This document shows positions 1 to 7,642 of a stretch of DNA of 11,760 nt, in pieces. The notes beneath the pieces are model-generated. The model did not search any database. It was not told the origin of the DNA and saw only the letters and a program-made list of their open reading frames with translations. The position numbers were made by a program, and so were the translations under genes. Source of the DNA: a virus; UHGV virus genome UHGV-1590541; one strand, 5' to 3'. Within the stretch, counting starts at the first letter, position 1. Each line of letters opens with the position of its first letter.

Positions 1-516
1 GATTCTAACTTATCTTTGGCAGTCATTTTTACTGTTGTAGCGGGCGCAGGTAAGTCTTGCTGCTGTGGATTTTCTGTTAGTTGTTTACGAGAAGAAACAT
101 CGCCCCTGTTAGTTTGCTTCATGTTGATTACAGATGCGTTATGGGCATTATCAGCAGCAATTGACTGAAGTTTTACAAAAGTTTTTGAATCTGTTTTAGC
201 CAGAAGTAACCTATTTCCCGTAAACATTGCCTTAAAAGTGATAGTTTTTTTCGTCTTGTCCGCCGCACCAAGCAAACCTCCAATGACCAACCCTGCACCA
301 CCAAAGATTAATCCACCAAGCAAACCTGCGCCTGCCGCCTTACCTATACGGCTTTCCTCTTCACTATCCGCAAGTTCAATCGATAAAAGCTCTTCTTTCA
401 GATTTAATACAATATTTTCAGGAAAGCCTTGTTTTGGTTTTTTGGCAACCGAACCCCATGCTTGCCCACCCTTTAGGAAAACTTCCTGCGATAACCTGAA
501 TCCCTGCCATGTTCAT
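1..516 (-). CDS. Glycine-zipper membrane protein, partial (runs off window start), apparently frameshifted at an A6 tract
   Basis: ATG at 516 with strong SD (AAGGTGA, 5-6 nt upstream) opens a 32-codon frame (MNMAGIQVIAGSFPKGWASMGFGCQKTKTRLS) that stops at 418-420. The +1 frame is open from 512 through position 1 and encodes a GxxxG-rich segment (IGKAAGAGLLGGLIFGGAGLVIGGLLGAA) with no plausible start of its own. The frames meet at the homopolymer at 438-443. The plus-strand ORF 238-531 is its antisense shadow. Confidence 0.45.
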
Positions 517-600
517 CACCTTTTACATTAAAATTTCAGAACGCAGCATGATGCCGCCTTTGTCTTTTTTCTGATCCCATGGTAATTCAGCTGTTATTTT

Positions 601-1587
601 CTATTTAAGAATAAAACGGTATTTACTGTCAGGAGTGCTTTGCTGATCAAGTAGCAGTGAACGACATGGAGCAGTCAAAACCCGAGCATAACTACCATCA
701 GGGCTTATGTTAATGTAACAAACCTTGCCCTTAACACTATAATTTTCGGGGACGGATGCCTTTGCTGATACAGTAAATTTAAGGGTATGCCAGCCCGTTT
801 TTTGCTTGTAGCTTGAAACCGAATGGAAATCATCTGAGTACTTATTTAACCCTGGAAACATGCTGCGCAGTGCGGGGATGGAATCTTCTATTATTTTATC
901 GTTGGTTTTAATGTTAAAAACGCTGGTTTCAGTAGAAGCTACTGCTTTGGCATTTCCCCATTTACCAGCGAACACAATCATTCCCACGAAAAATATTGCT
1001 ACAAGAACTAACACTCCCCCCAACACTACTACATGAGGCTTCCGGCTTCTGGTTGGTACAGTTGCGACTGATTTTGCACCGCTTTCCGATGGAGGTGATA
1101 GAGTTTTACTCTCATCACGAATATTCAGCAGATCATCAAAATAACCAAACACAGCCTGCAACTGCTCTTTGTCTAGGCCTTTAAGATGGGTTGTACCGAA
1201 ATGCTTCAGACAGTATCTGTCACGGTCAAGACGATACCCAGGGTCAGTAAGCGCCATTATTTTGCTGACCAGAAGATTACAGTCCTTCATATTCTGGATC
1301 TGTTGTGCATATCTCTGAAGGATCTCAACCGCACCATGATAATCAGCCGCAGTCATTTCATTAACTGTTTTGGTATTAAGTTTCGTGTGGATCGTCATCC
1401 ATAGCTCGCGCTTACTTTCCCCCAGATCAACCAATTCATCCATCAATCTGTGTAAATCGCGTTTTTGCAGCAACGAAATTGGTTGCTGGGCCGAAGGAAG
1501 TATGTCAGCAGAATAGTTATGAATGGTAACATCACCGCTGACAACGTTACCCACATCCCCGTTAACTGTTTGCTTCTCTTTACTCAT
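601..1587 (-). CDS. Single-pass membrane protein of unknown function (328 aa), co-transcribed with the prophage repressor
   Basis: ATG at 1587 overlaps the repressor stop (ATGA, 1584-1587). One predicted TM helix at about aa 185-207 (VVVLGGVLVLVAIFFVGMIVFAG) preceded by basic RSRKPH, implying N-in topology. The C-terminal domain of about 120 aa carries two Cys. No family recognised by eye. Lower GC than the phage core. Confidence 0.8.
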   Translation of the reverse strand: MSKEKQTVNGDVGNVVSGDVTIHNYSADILPSAQQPISLLQKRDLHRLMDELVDLGESKRELWMTIHTKLNTKTVNEMTAADYHGAVEILQRYAQQIQNMKDCNLLVSKIMALTDPGYRLDRDRYCLKHFGTTHLKGLDKEQLQAVFGYFDDLLNIRDESKTLSPPSESGAKSVATVPTRSRKPHVVVLGGVLVLVAIFFVGMIVFAGKWGNAKAVASTETSVFNIKTNDKIIEDSIPALRSMFPGLNKYSDDFHSVSSYKQKTGWHTLKFTVSAKASVPENYSVKGKVCYINISPDGSYARVLTAPCRSLLLDQQSTPDSKYRFILK

Positions 1588-2009
1588 CTTCTCTTGGTAT
1601 TTTTGTTCATTATTCCACCTGTTCCTATGGTTACGTTACCTTTGATAACATTCCCCAGAACATCTCCATGAATAACCTGTTCCGCCCGTTCTCTGGAGGA
1701 GCCAGTAGTCAAGGCCGACAAAACTGAACCTTTGACCTGTAATGGTGCCTGCCGGTAGTGCTGCAGTAACTCCATTTCATCACGTGATAAAGTTATACCT
1801 GATGACTCCCCGGTAAGAATGAACTGTACATTGGCCCCAATTCTTGCAAAGGCTGCAAGTAACTCACCTCCGGGAACAGCAACCCCTCGTTCATATTTCC
1901 CCCACATTTCTCTTGAAACGCCACAAAGGGCTGCTACTTCAGCCTGCTTGAGTGATAACCGCGAACGCTCAGCTTTGAACCGCGACGCGCAAAGAGAATC
2001 AAAATTCAC
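1584..2009 (-). CDS. Prophage repressor, XRE/cI-type helix-turn-helix (start probably GTG at 2009; longest ORF reaches ATG 2045)
   Basis: HTH segment LSLKQAEVAALCGVSREMWGKYERG, typical of XRE-family repressors. Divergent from the Ner-like gene. GTG at 2009 has a GAGG SD 5 nt upstream, whereas ATG 2045 has none and would leave only 50 bp for divergent promoters. C-terminal tail has a GDV/GNV repeat. Confidence 0.8.
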   Translation of the reverse strand: MNFDSLCASRFKAERSRLSLKQAEVAALCGVSREMWGKYERGVAVPGGELLAAFARIGANVQFILTGESSGITLSRDEMELLQHYRQAPLQVKGSVLSALTTGSSRERAEQVIHGDVLGNVIKGNVTIGTGGIMNKNTKRR

Positions 2010-2095
2010 ATAAACCTCATTGACAATGAGAACAATAGTTCTCATAATCTATCACATATAAAACAAACATCATTGCATCAACAAAGGAGACAACA
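2010..2095. promoter_or_regulatory. Divergent immunity control region: candidate operators plus rightward sigma70 early promoter
   Basis: Perfect palindrome CTCATTG-A-CAATGAG (2016-2030) overlapping a second dyad GAGAAC-AATA-GTTCTC (2028-2043). TTGACA (2020-2025), 17-bp spacer, CATAAT (2043-2048) facing the Ner-like gene. CACATAT motif at 2053-2059. Confidence 0.5.
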
Positions 2096-2284
2096 ATGAC
2101 TTCCGAACAAGTTAAAAATCTCTTCCGTCAGCGTGGTATCACGTTTACCCGCTGGGCCGAAGAACACGGCTACAGCCGCAATGAGGTCTATCGTGTTCTC
2201 AATGGACAGACCAAAGCTCGTTACGGCAAAGCCCATGAAATTGCCGTAAAACTGGGATTAAAACCCACGTCAAATGCGGCATAA
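2096..2284 (+). CDS. ner: Ner/Cro-like small DNA-binding regulator (62 aa)
   Basis: AGGAG RBS 6 nt upstream of ATG. Position is divergent from the repressor at the head of the early operon. Sequence RWAEEHGYSRNEVYRVLNGQ...AHEIAVKLGL looks like a small HTH protein. Assignment to Ner rather than another Cro-like family rests mainly on synteny. Confidence 0.7.
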   Translation: MTSEQVKNLFRQRGITFTRWAEEHGYSRNEVYRVLNGQTKARYGKAHEIAVKLGLKPTSNAA

Positions 2285-2336
2285 ATTTTCCACATATGCA
2301 ACAGGTTATCACATATTGCAAAAATGGAAATGTGAC
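2285..2336. promoter_or_regulatory. Repeated CACATAT(G/T)GCAA-like motifs between ner and the next gene (candidate Ner or HTH-protein binding sites)
   Basis: CACATATGCAA at 2291-2301 and CACATATTGCAA at 2310-2321, sharing the CACATAT core with 2053-2059 upstream of ner. Each contains short palindromes (CATATG, TTGCAA). Confidence 0.3.
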
Positions 2337-2645
2337 ATGAGTAAAGTAAATATTTCCAGTTCTGGGACCCGCATCCTACGTGTACTCAAAGCTCTACGCG
2401 GTCATGCTCTGAACGGTGTTTCTAACGGTGAACTGGCATCAGCCCTGGGGGAGTCCCCGGCGAATATCAATCGAGCACTTAATACCCTTATTGAAGAGGG
2501 ACTGGCCATGAAATTAGAGAACGGACGTTTCGCACCGGGAATCCAGTTACTACAGATCGCCATGGCTCACAGTCACGAGATGGCGCGTGCACAGGATCGT
2601 ATTAACGAAATCAACCAACGAGTTATTTCAGGTAGTCGTTTGTAA
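2337..2645 (+). CDS. Small winged-HTH protein, IclR-N-terminal-like (about 102 aa; longest ORF starts at 2274)
   Basis: RILRVLKALRGHALNGVSNGELASALGESPANINRALNTLIEEGL resembles the IclR-type HTH domain; no effector domain follows. The ATG at 2337 lies downstream of the repeat-containing spacer, whereas ATG 2274 overlaps the ner stop. Confidence 0.65.
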   Translation: MSKVNISSSGTRILRVLKALRGHALNGVSNGELASALGESPANINRALNTLIEEGLAMKLENGRFAPGIQLLQIAMAHSHEMARAQDRINEINQRVISGSRL

Positions 2646-2655
2646 GGAGTAATCA

Positions 2656-3570
2656 ATGGGACGCACCAAATCACCCGTTAACACTGAACTGAATGTTGAG
2701 GTTCCGCTGTCAGATAACATCAATGTCAATTTGAACGCTATGACACAGCATCGCATGGAAATTATGCAGCAGTTTGGTGATGGACTGCCTTATGAACGTG
2801 ATCGCATTGTTCACGAAGCACGTTTTTATATGGCGCAGAGTGCTGAATCTATGCTGGAAGCGGGTAAGCGGCTGATCATCTTAAAAGAAAATGAGCCACA
2901 CGGTGATTTTACAAACATTTTAGAAAATGAACTCGGACTTGCACCACAAGTTGCTCGCCGCATGATGCAAGCCAGTATGAAGTTTTTGGGAGAAGGTGAT
3001 GAGCCAACAAAACGCTCAACGTTGAGCGTTTTGGGGAAAGCCAAACTGTACGACCTGATGGTTCTGGATAATGAAGAACTTGATGAATTGGCCGACGGCG
3101 GCACAGTTGCCGGCCTGACGCTTGACGACGTTGATCGCATGTCAGTACGTGAATTGCGTCAGGCCCTGCGCGAAGCGCGCGAAACCAACGCAGCACAACA
3201 GCGCGTACTCGCCGACAAAAATGAAAAAATAGATTCACTCTCCACCAGACTGGAGAAGAAATCCCGTATTCAGCCGCCTGAGCCTGATGAGGAGGTTAAG
3301 AAGCTGCGGGCGGAAGTAACAGCATTAGCGGTTGAGGCGGAATCTGCTATCGCCGTCCGACTGTCCAGCGCTTTTGAGACGCTGTGCGCATATTGTGCTG
3401 AAAACATGATTGATACCCCCAGAGACTTCATGGCAGGCCTGGTCTGTCAACTGGAAAGCACAGCGCGTAGCCTGCGCTCCACATTTGACCTGCCGGACGA
3501 GCCAACAGGCAATGCAGCGCCTTCATGGCTGACTGAGCCGACGCCACAGATTAACGGGCTGGAGGCATAA
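2656..3570 (+). CDS. Hypothetical early protein (304 aa), acidic with predicted coiled-coil segments
   Basis: AAGGAG RBS. Stop at 3570 lies 3 nt before the transposase start. No domain recognised with confidence (possibly a DUF3102-like phage protein, from memory only). Confidence 0.8.
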   Translation: MGRTKSPVNTELNVEVPLSDNINVNLNAMTQHRMEIMQQFGDGLPYERDRIVHEARFYMAQSAESMLEAGKRLIILKENEPHGDFTNILENELGLAPQVARRMMQASMKFLGEGDEPTKRSTLSVLGKAKLYDLMVLDNEELDELADGGTVAGLTLDDVDRMSVRELRQALREARETNAAQQRVLADKNEKIDSLSTRLEKKSRIQPPEPDEEVKKLRAEVTALAVEAESAIAVRLSSAFETLCAYCAENMIDTPRDFMAGLVCQLESTARSLRSTFDLPDEPTGNAAPSWLTEPTPQINGLEA

Positions 3571-3573
3571 CCA

Positions 3574-5343
3574 ATGAATGCTGCCCTGACTGAACGACTG
3601 GTTTATGTCGCCCGCGCGGCACGTGACGCGGGGCATGGTAAACGCGGTGCAATATACGACGCTGCCTGTGCTGAACTTGGCATGTCCCGCGCCACTCTGC
3701 TGCGCAGGCTGAAGGAGGTCTCTGTGACTGATAAACGCAAAAAACGCGCCGATGCCGGGCGCAGCGCCCTGACCCGCGACGAAGCCGCGCTGATATCTGC
3801 CACACTGCGTGAGGCCACCCGCAAGAACGGTAAGCGTCTCTATTCCATCGCAGATGCAGTGGAAACCCTGCGGGCTAACGGCTTTATCACCGCAGGCAGA
3901 ACAGATGAAACCACCAGTGAGTTTTTCCCGTTGTCTGAAGATGCCATCAGCCGTGCTCTGCGTAACTATGGCCTGCCCCCGGAACAACTGGATGCCCCTG
4001 CACCACATACCGAAGTGGCCAGTCTGCATCCCAATCATGTCTGGCAGATTGACGCCTCACTCTGCACGCTTTACTACCTGAGCAATGGACATAAAGGGCT
4101 GCAGGTGATGGACAGCGCGAAGTTCTACAAGAACAAGCCCGCTAACCTTGCCCGTATCGCCAGTGACCGCGTGTGGAGTTACGAGATTACCGACCATGCC
4201 AGCGGCTGGATTTACGTTGAGTATGTGACGGGCGCGGAATCAGGTGAGAACCTGTGTTCTGTGCTTATCAACGCCATGCAGGAGCGTGGCGGCGCAGACG
4301 TGCTGCACGGCGTGCCGAAAATACTCTATCTCGACCCCGGCTCGGCAAACACCGCGGGTATGACGAAAAACATGTGCCGCTCACTGGGCATCGACCTGAT
4401 AGCGCACAAGCCGCATAACGCCCGCGCCACCGGACAGGTGGAAAAGGCGCGTGACATTATCGAACGCAAGCTGGAGCCGGGTCTGAAGTTCCGGCCGGTT
4501 CACGGTCTGGAAGAACTCAACGCGCTGGCCGCGAAATGGCGCAGCCACTTTAACGCCACGGCTGTTCACAGCCGCCACGGTAAAACCCGCACGGATATCT
4601 GGCTGAAGATTACTGCTGAGCAGCTGAAAAAAGCGCCTTCCGTTGAGGTATGTCGTGAACTGGCTGTGGCGGCACCAGAACTCCGCAAAGTCACGCCAAA
4701 ACTTCGTGTCTCGTTCCGGGGCACTGAATTTGACGTATCAACGGTACCGGGCGTACTGGTTGGTGAAAAACTGATGATTACCCGTAACCCATGGCGCAGC
4801 GATGTGGCACAGGTGGTTCTGACCGGTGAGGACGGCCACGAGACGTTCTTCCTGGTCGAAGAGGTCAGAAAGAACGAGTTTGGCTTTGCTGAAGGCGCGG
4901 CGGTATTTGGCGAAAGTTACAAAGCCCTGCCGGAAACCCCGGCACAGATGGCGGCAAAAGAAACCGAAGCGCTGGTTACCGGTACAGACAACGCCGCAGA
5001 TGCAGCCGCCGCACGCAAGGCGAAGGCGCTGCCGTTCGGCGGGCGGCTTGACCCGTATAAACATATCGACGACACCACACTTCCGGCCTATATGCCGAAG
5101 CGTGGTCAGGCCTCTGACGTACGCGGGCCGCGCACTGAACAACGTCCCATGACTCATGTGGAGGCCGCGAAAGCCCTGCGCGATAAGTTCAGCGCCGACG
5201 GCCTTACCTGGACGCCGGAACATTACCGCCAGTTAACGGCACAGTACCCGGACGGCGTACCGGAAGCCGCACTGGATGAAGTCATGGCCACGCTGACCAC
5301 ACCGGCCCGCAGCAGTGTTATCAGCATTGTTAACGGCAACTGA
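3574..5343 (+). CDS. DDE transposase (retroviral-integrase/rve-like catalytic core), functional analogue of Mu A (589 aa)
   Basis: GGAGG RBS. N-terminal HTH-like region, then candidate catalytic residues in HVWQIDASL, KILYLDPGSANTA and GQVEKARDIIERKLE, matching D..D..E spacing of rve-type transposases. Followed directly by an AAA+ ATPase, as in transposable phages. Confidence 0.9.
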   Translation: MNAALTERLVYVARAARDAGHGKRGAIYDAACAELGMSRATLLRRLKEVSVTDKRKKRADAGRSALTRDEAALISATLREATRKNGKRLYSIADAVETLRANGFITAGRTDETTSEFFPLSEDAISRALRNYGLPPEQLDAPAPHTEVASLHPNHVWQIDASLCTLYYLSNGHKGLQVMDSAKFYKNKPANLARIASDRVWSYEITDHASGWIYVEYVTGAESGENLCSVLINAMQERGGADVLHGVPKILYLDPGSANTAGMTKNMCRSLGIDLIAHKPHNARATGQVEKARDIIERKLEPGLKFRPVHGLEELNALAAKWRSHFNATAVHSRHGKTRTDIWLKITAEQLKKAPSVEVCRELAVAAPELRKVTPKLRVSFRGTEFDVSTVPGVLVGEKLMITRNPWRSDVAQVVLTGEDGHETFFLVEEVRKNEFGFAEGAAVFGESYKALPETPAQMAAKETEALVTGTDNAADAAAARKAKALPFGGRLDPYKHIDDTTLPAYMPKRGQASDVRGPRTEQRPMTHVEAAKALRDKFSADGLTWTPEHYRQLTAQYPDGVPEAALDEVMATLTTPARSSVISIVNGN

Positions 5344-5353
5344 GGAGGGAAAC

Positions 5354-6520
5354 ATGCTGGTACTGAAGCAGCAACTGAAAGAGGCCCGTATTCCACAGGC
5401 GGTGGTGGCGAGAGCTGTCGATGTTTCTGAGGCCACGCTGGCCCAGATTGTGAATCATAACGCGTGGCCCCGCACCAGCCCCGGAGAAGTGCGCCGGCGT
5501 CTTGCGTCCTGGCTGGAAAGTCAGGGGATTGATACAACGAAGAGTTTTGATGCTGTACAGGGCGCGGCCACGCCCCGTACAGCGGGTACCACAGATAAAA
5601 CGAGCCTCAGTGAGGAAGAGAATATGTTACTCAAAAAACAGGTGTTATTTCCAGCAACCAAAAAAGCGTTTGGTCTTTTCCGTGACCCGTTCGCCGACGA
5701 AGCCATGCAGGGTTCTGATGATGTGTTCACCACCCCGGACATTCGCTACGTGCGTGAGGCGCTGTACCAGACAGCCCGTCATGGTGGGTTTATGGCCGTC
5801 ATCGGTGAGTCCGGTGCGGGTAAATCCACGCTGCGCCGCGACCTGACTGAACGTATCAACCGCGAGAATGCGCCGGTAATTGTTATCGAGCCATACATCA
5901 TCGCTATGGAAGACAACGATGTGAAAGGGAAAACCCTGAAGGCAGCAGCTATTGCCGAAGCCATTATCAGTACCATCGCACCACTGGAAAGCATCAGACG
6001 CAGTCAGGACGCCCGTTTTCGCCAGTTGCATCGCGTCCTGAAAGACAGCAGCCAGGCGGGGTTCAGCCACGTTCTGGTGATTGAGGAGGCCCACAGTCTG
6101 CCCATTCCGACACTGAAACACCTCAAACGCTTTTTTGAGCTGGAGTCCGGTTTCAAAAAACTGCTGTCCATCGTGCTGATTGGCCAGCCGGAACTGGCGA
6201 CAAAACTGTCTGAACGCAATATGGAAGTCCGTGAAGTCGTTCAGCGCTGTGAGGTGGTCGAACTTCTGCCTCTGGACAATAACCTTGAAGAATTTCTGAC
6301 GTTCAAACTGCAACGGGCCGGTAAACAGCTGACGGACATTATGGACGCCGGTGCAGTGGATGCCATACGTGCCCGCCTGAGCAATCCGGGAAGTCACCGT
6401 AAAAATATGGTCAGCCTGCTGTATCCGCTGGCCGTCAGTAACCTGGTAATAGCCGCCATGAATCTGGCCGCTGAAATCGGGGTTCCACAGGTCAACGCTG
6501 ACGTTGTCAAAGGGGTTTAA
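5354..6520 (+). CDS. AAA+ ATPase transposition helper protein (MuB / TniB-like), N-terminal HTH (longest ORF starts at 5315)
   Basis: Walker A GESGAGKST and Walker B-like VLVIEEAH. GAGGAGGG RBS immediately upstream of ATG 5354, 11 nt after the transposase stop. Confidence 0.9.
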   Translation: MLVLKQQLKEARIPQAVVARAVDVSEATLAQIVNHNAWPRTSPGEVRRRLASWLESQGIDTTKSFDAVQGAATPRTAGTTDKTSLSEEENMLLKKQVLFPATKKAFGLFRDPFADEAMQGSDDVFTTPDIRYVREALYQTARHGGFMAVIGESGAGKSTLRRDLTERINRENAPVIVIEPYIIAMEDNDVKGKTLKAAAIAEAIISTIAPLESIRRSQDARFRQLHRVLKDSSQAGFSHVLVIEEAHSLPIPTLKHLKRFFELESGFKKLLSIVLIGQPELATKLSERNMEVREVVQRCEVVELLPLDNNLEEFLTFKLQRAGKQLTDIMDAGAVDAIRARLSNPGSHRKNMVSLLYPLAVSNLVIAAMNLAAEIGVPQVNADVVKGV

Positions 6521-6522
6521 TA

Positions 6523-6792
6523 ATGAAATCCACCACAGGTATCAACCAGCAAATCAGCAAAGTGCAGTCAGCCATTATGGCGCTTAAGGCGACGAACACG
6601 GATGTACAAAGCATCACCATCAGGGGTAACAAACCTGTCATCCGCGTTTCCCGGAGTGCGCATTGCATGCGCATGCTTGAGCAGGGAAAGGCCTGTTATC
6701 TGTATACCGGACATGACCACAGGGGATATTTCCGTCAGGGCGTTTTCGAACTGCACGGCTGTCGCGTCGTGTGGCCGGAATCTTTGTGGTAA
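6523..6792 (+). CDS. Hypothetical small early protein (89 aa)
   Basis: ATG 2 nt after the B stop, preceded by AAGGGG. No recognisable domain. Confidence 0.65.
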   Translation: MKSTTGINQQISKVQSAIMALKATNTDVQSITIRGNKPVIRVSRSAHCMRMLEQGKACYLYTGHDHRGYFRQGVFELHGCRVVWPESLW

Positions 6793-6819
6793 TCAGCACA
6801 ACTGGAGAAATCATAAAAA

Positions 6820-7350
6820 ATGGCAAAAAGTACAAAAGGTGCAAAACGTATCAAGGCCGCAGCAGCACTCTGGGTGCCGGGGACACGTGAAGAGGTCATT
6901 GAGGGAATCAGACTACTCGGTGACGCACAACGTGAACTGGTCAGGGCTGAAACAGAAATGAATGACGCCATTGGCGATATCACCGCACGTTATGCCCCGC
7001 TCACCGAGAGCCTGAAAAAACGCATGGCCGAACTGCAGTCCGGTATTCAGACATGGTGTGAGGCACACCGTGATGAACTGACCGGCAACGGGAAGGTGAA
7101 GTTCGCTAACCTCACCACCGGCGAGGTGCAGTGGCGAAACCGTCCGCCATCAGTCAGTATCCGTGGGGCGGATAATGTTATTGAATTACTGAGACGTCTG
7201 GGGCTTGAGCGCTTTATTCGTGTAAAAGAGGAAATAAATAAAGACGCTATCCTGAATGAAAAAGAGGCCGTGAAAAATATTCCCGGTATTTCCATTAAAA
7301 GCGACATTGAGGATTTTTCAATAATTCCTTTTGAGCAGGATGTGCAGTAA
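6820..7350 (+). CDS. gam: Host-nuclease inhibitor protein Gam (Mu Gam family, Ku-like DNA-end-binding)
   Basis: 176 aa. Long collinear matches to Mu Gam as I remember it: MAK..KRIK.AAA..VP at the N-terminus, ETEMNDAI, WCEA.RDELT, RPPSVSIRG, LERLGL.RFIR.K.EINKEAIL and a C-terminal IEDFSIIPFEQ. Confidence 0.95.
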   Translation: MAKSTKGAKRIKAAAALWVPGTREEVIEGIRLLGDAQRELVRAETEMNDAIGDITARYAPLTESLKKRMAELQSGIQTWCEAHRDELTGNGKVKFANLTTGEVQWRNRPPSVSIRGADNVIELLRRLGLERFIRVKEEINKDAILNEKEAVKNIPGISIKSDIEDFSIIPFEQDVQ

Positions 7351-7447
7351 ACACACCACGTTAATTATTTAATAAAAACATTTTCTTTTTTATTCCGACG
7401 TCAGCGCCGCGGGCTTCTGCACGCCGGAAACAGAGGAGAATTAAATC

Positions 7448-7642
7448 ATGATATTTAAATGTATTCAGTGCGAGAGGGATATAACAGCCCTGCGTTTTCA
7501 CAGCGCCATCGCCGTGATGTCCGGTAAATACCACATCCCTGCGGTACGCGTCACCCTGGTCTGCCCGTACTGCAGCCAGCATTTTTCGGCAGACGTGCCC
7601 GTCATGGAATTCTCCCGCCCTGACAGGGAGGACTCGCAATGA
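7448..7642 (+). CDS. Small zinc-ribbon protein (64 aa, CxxC...CxxC)
   Basis: Cys pairs at C5/C8 and C39/C42. Its stop overlaps the next gene start (ATGA at 7639-7642). Preceded by a 97-bp AT-rich spacer after gam. Confidence 0.65.
   Translation: MIFKCIQCERDITALRFHSAIAVMSGKYHIPAVRVTLVCPYCSQHFSADVPVMEFSRPDREDSQ

Noticed and set aside
238-531. Plus-strand ORF of 97 aa
   Set aside because: Pro/Ser-rich low-complexity translation with no RBS. It is the antisense shadow of the better-supported minus-strand glycine-zipper gene.
1584-2045. ATG at 2045 as the repressor start
   Set aside because: No SD upstream, and it would bury the TTGACA-17-CATAAT promoter and both dyads inside the coding region. 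GTG 2009 with a GAGG SD is preferred, but not proven.
2826-3238. Minus-strand ORFs of 104 and 109 aa
   Set aside because: Antisense to the 304-aa early gene, which has a strong RBS and sits in an operon context.
3523-5223. Several minus-strand ORFs (3523-4038, 3551-3805, 3603-3824, 4381-4578, 4738-5223) and the plus-strand ORF 4826-5152 (off-frame)
   Set aside because: All lie within the transposase gene, antisense or in an alternate frame. Arg/Cys-rich translations typical of non-coding frames.
5645-6397. Minus-strand ORF of 250 aa inside the AAA+ ATPase gene
   Set aside because: Lies entirely antisense to a gene with strong Walker motifs and an RBS. Typical spurious open frame in GC-rich coding DNA.
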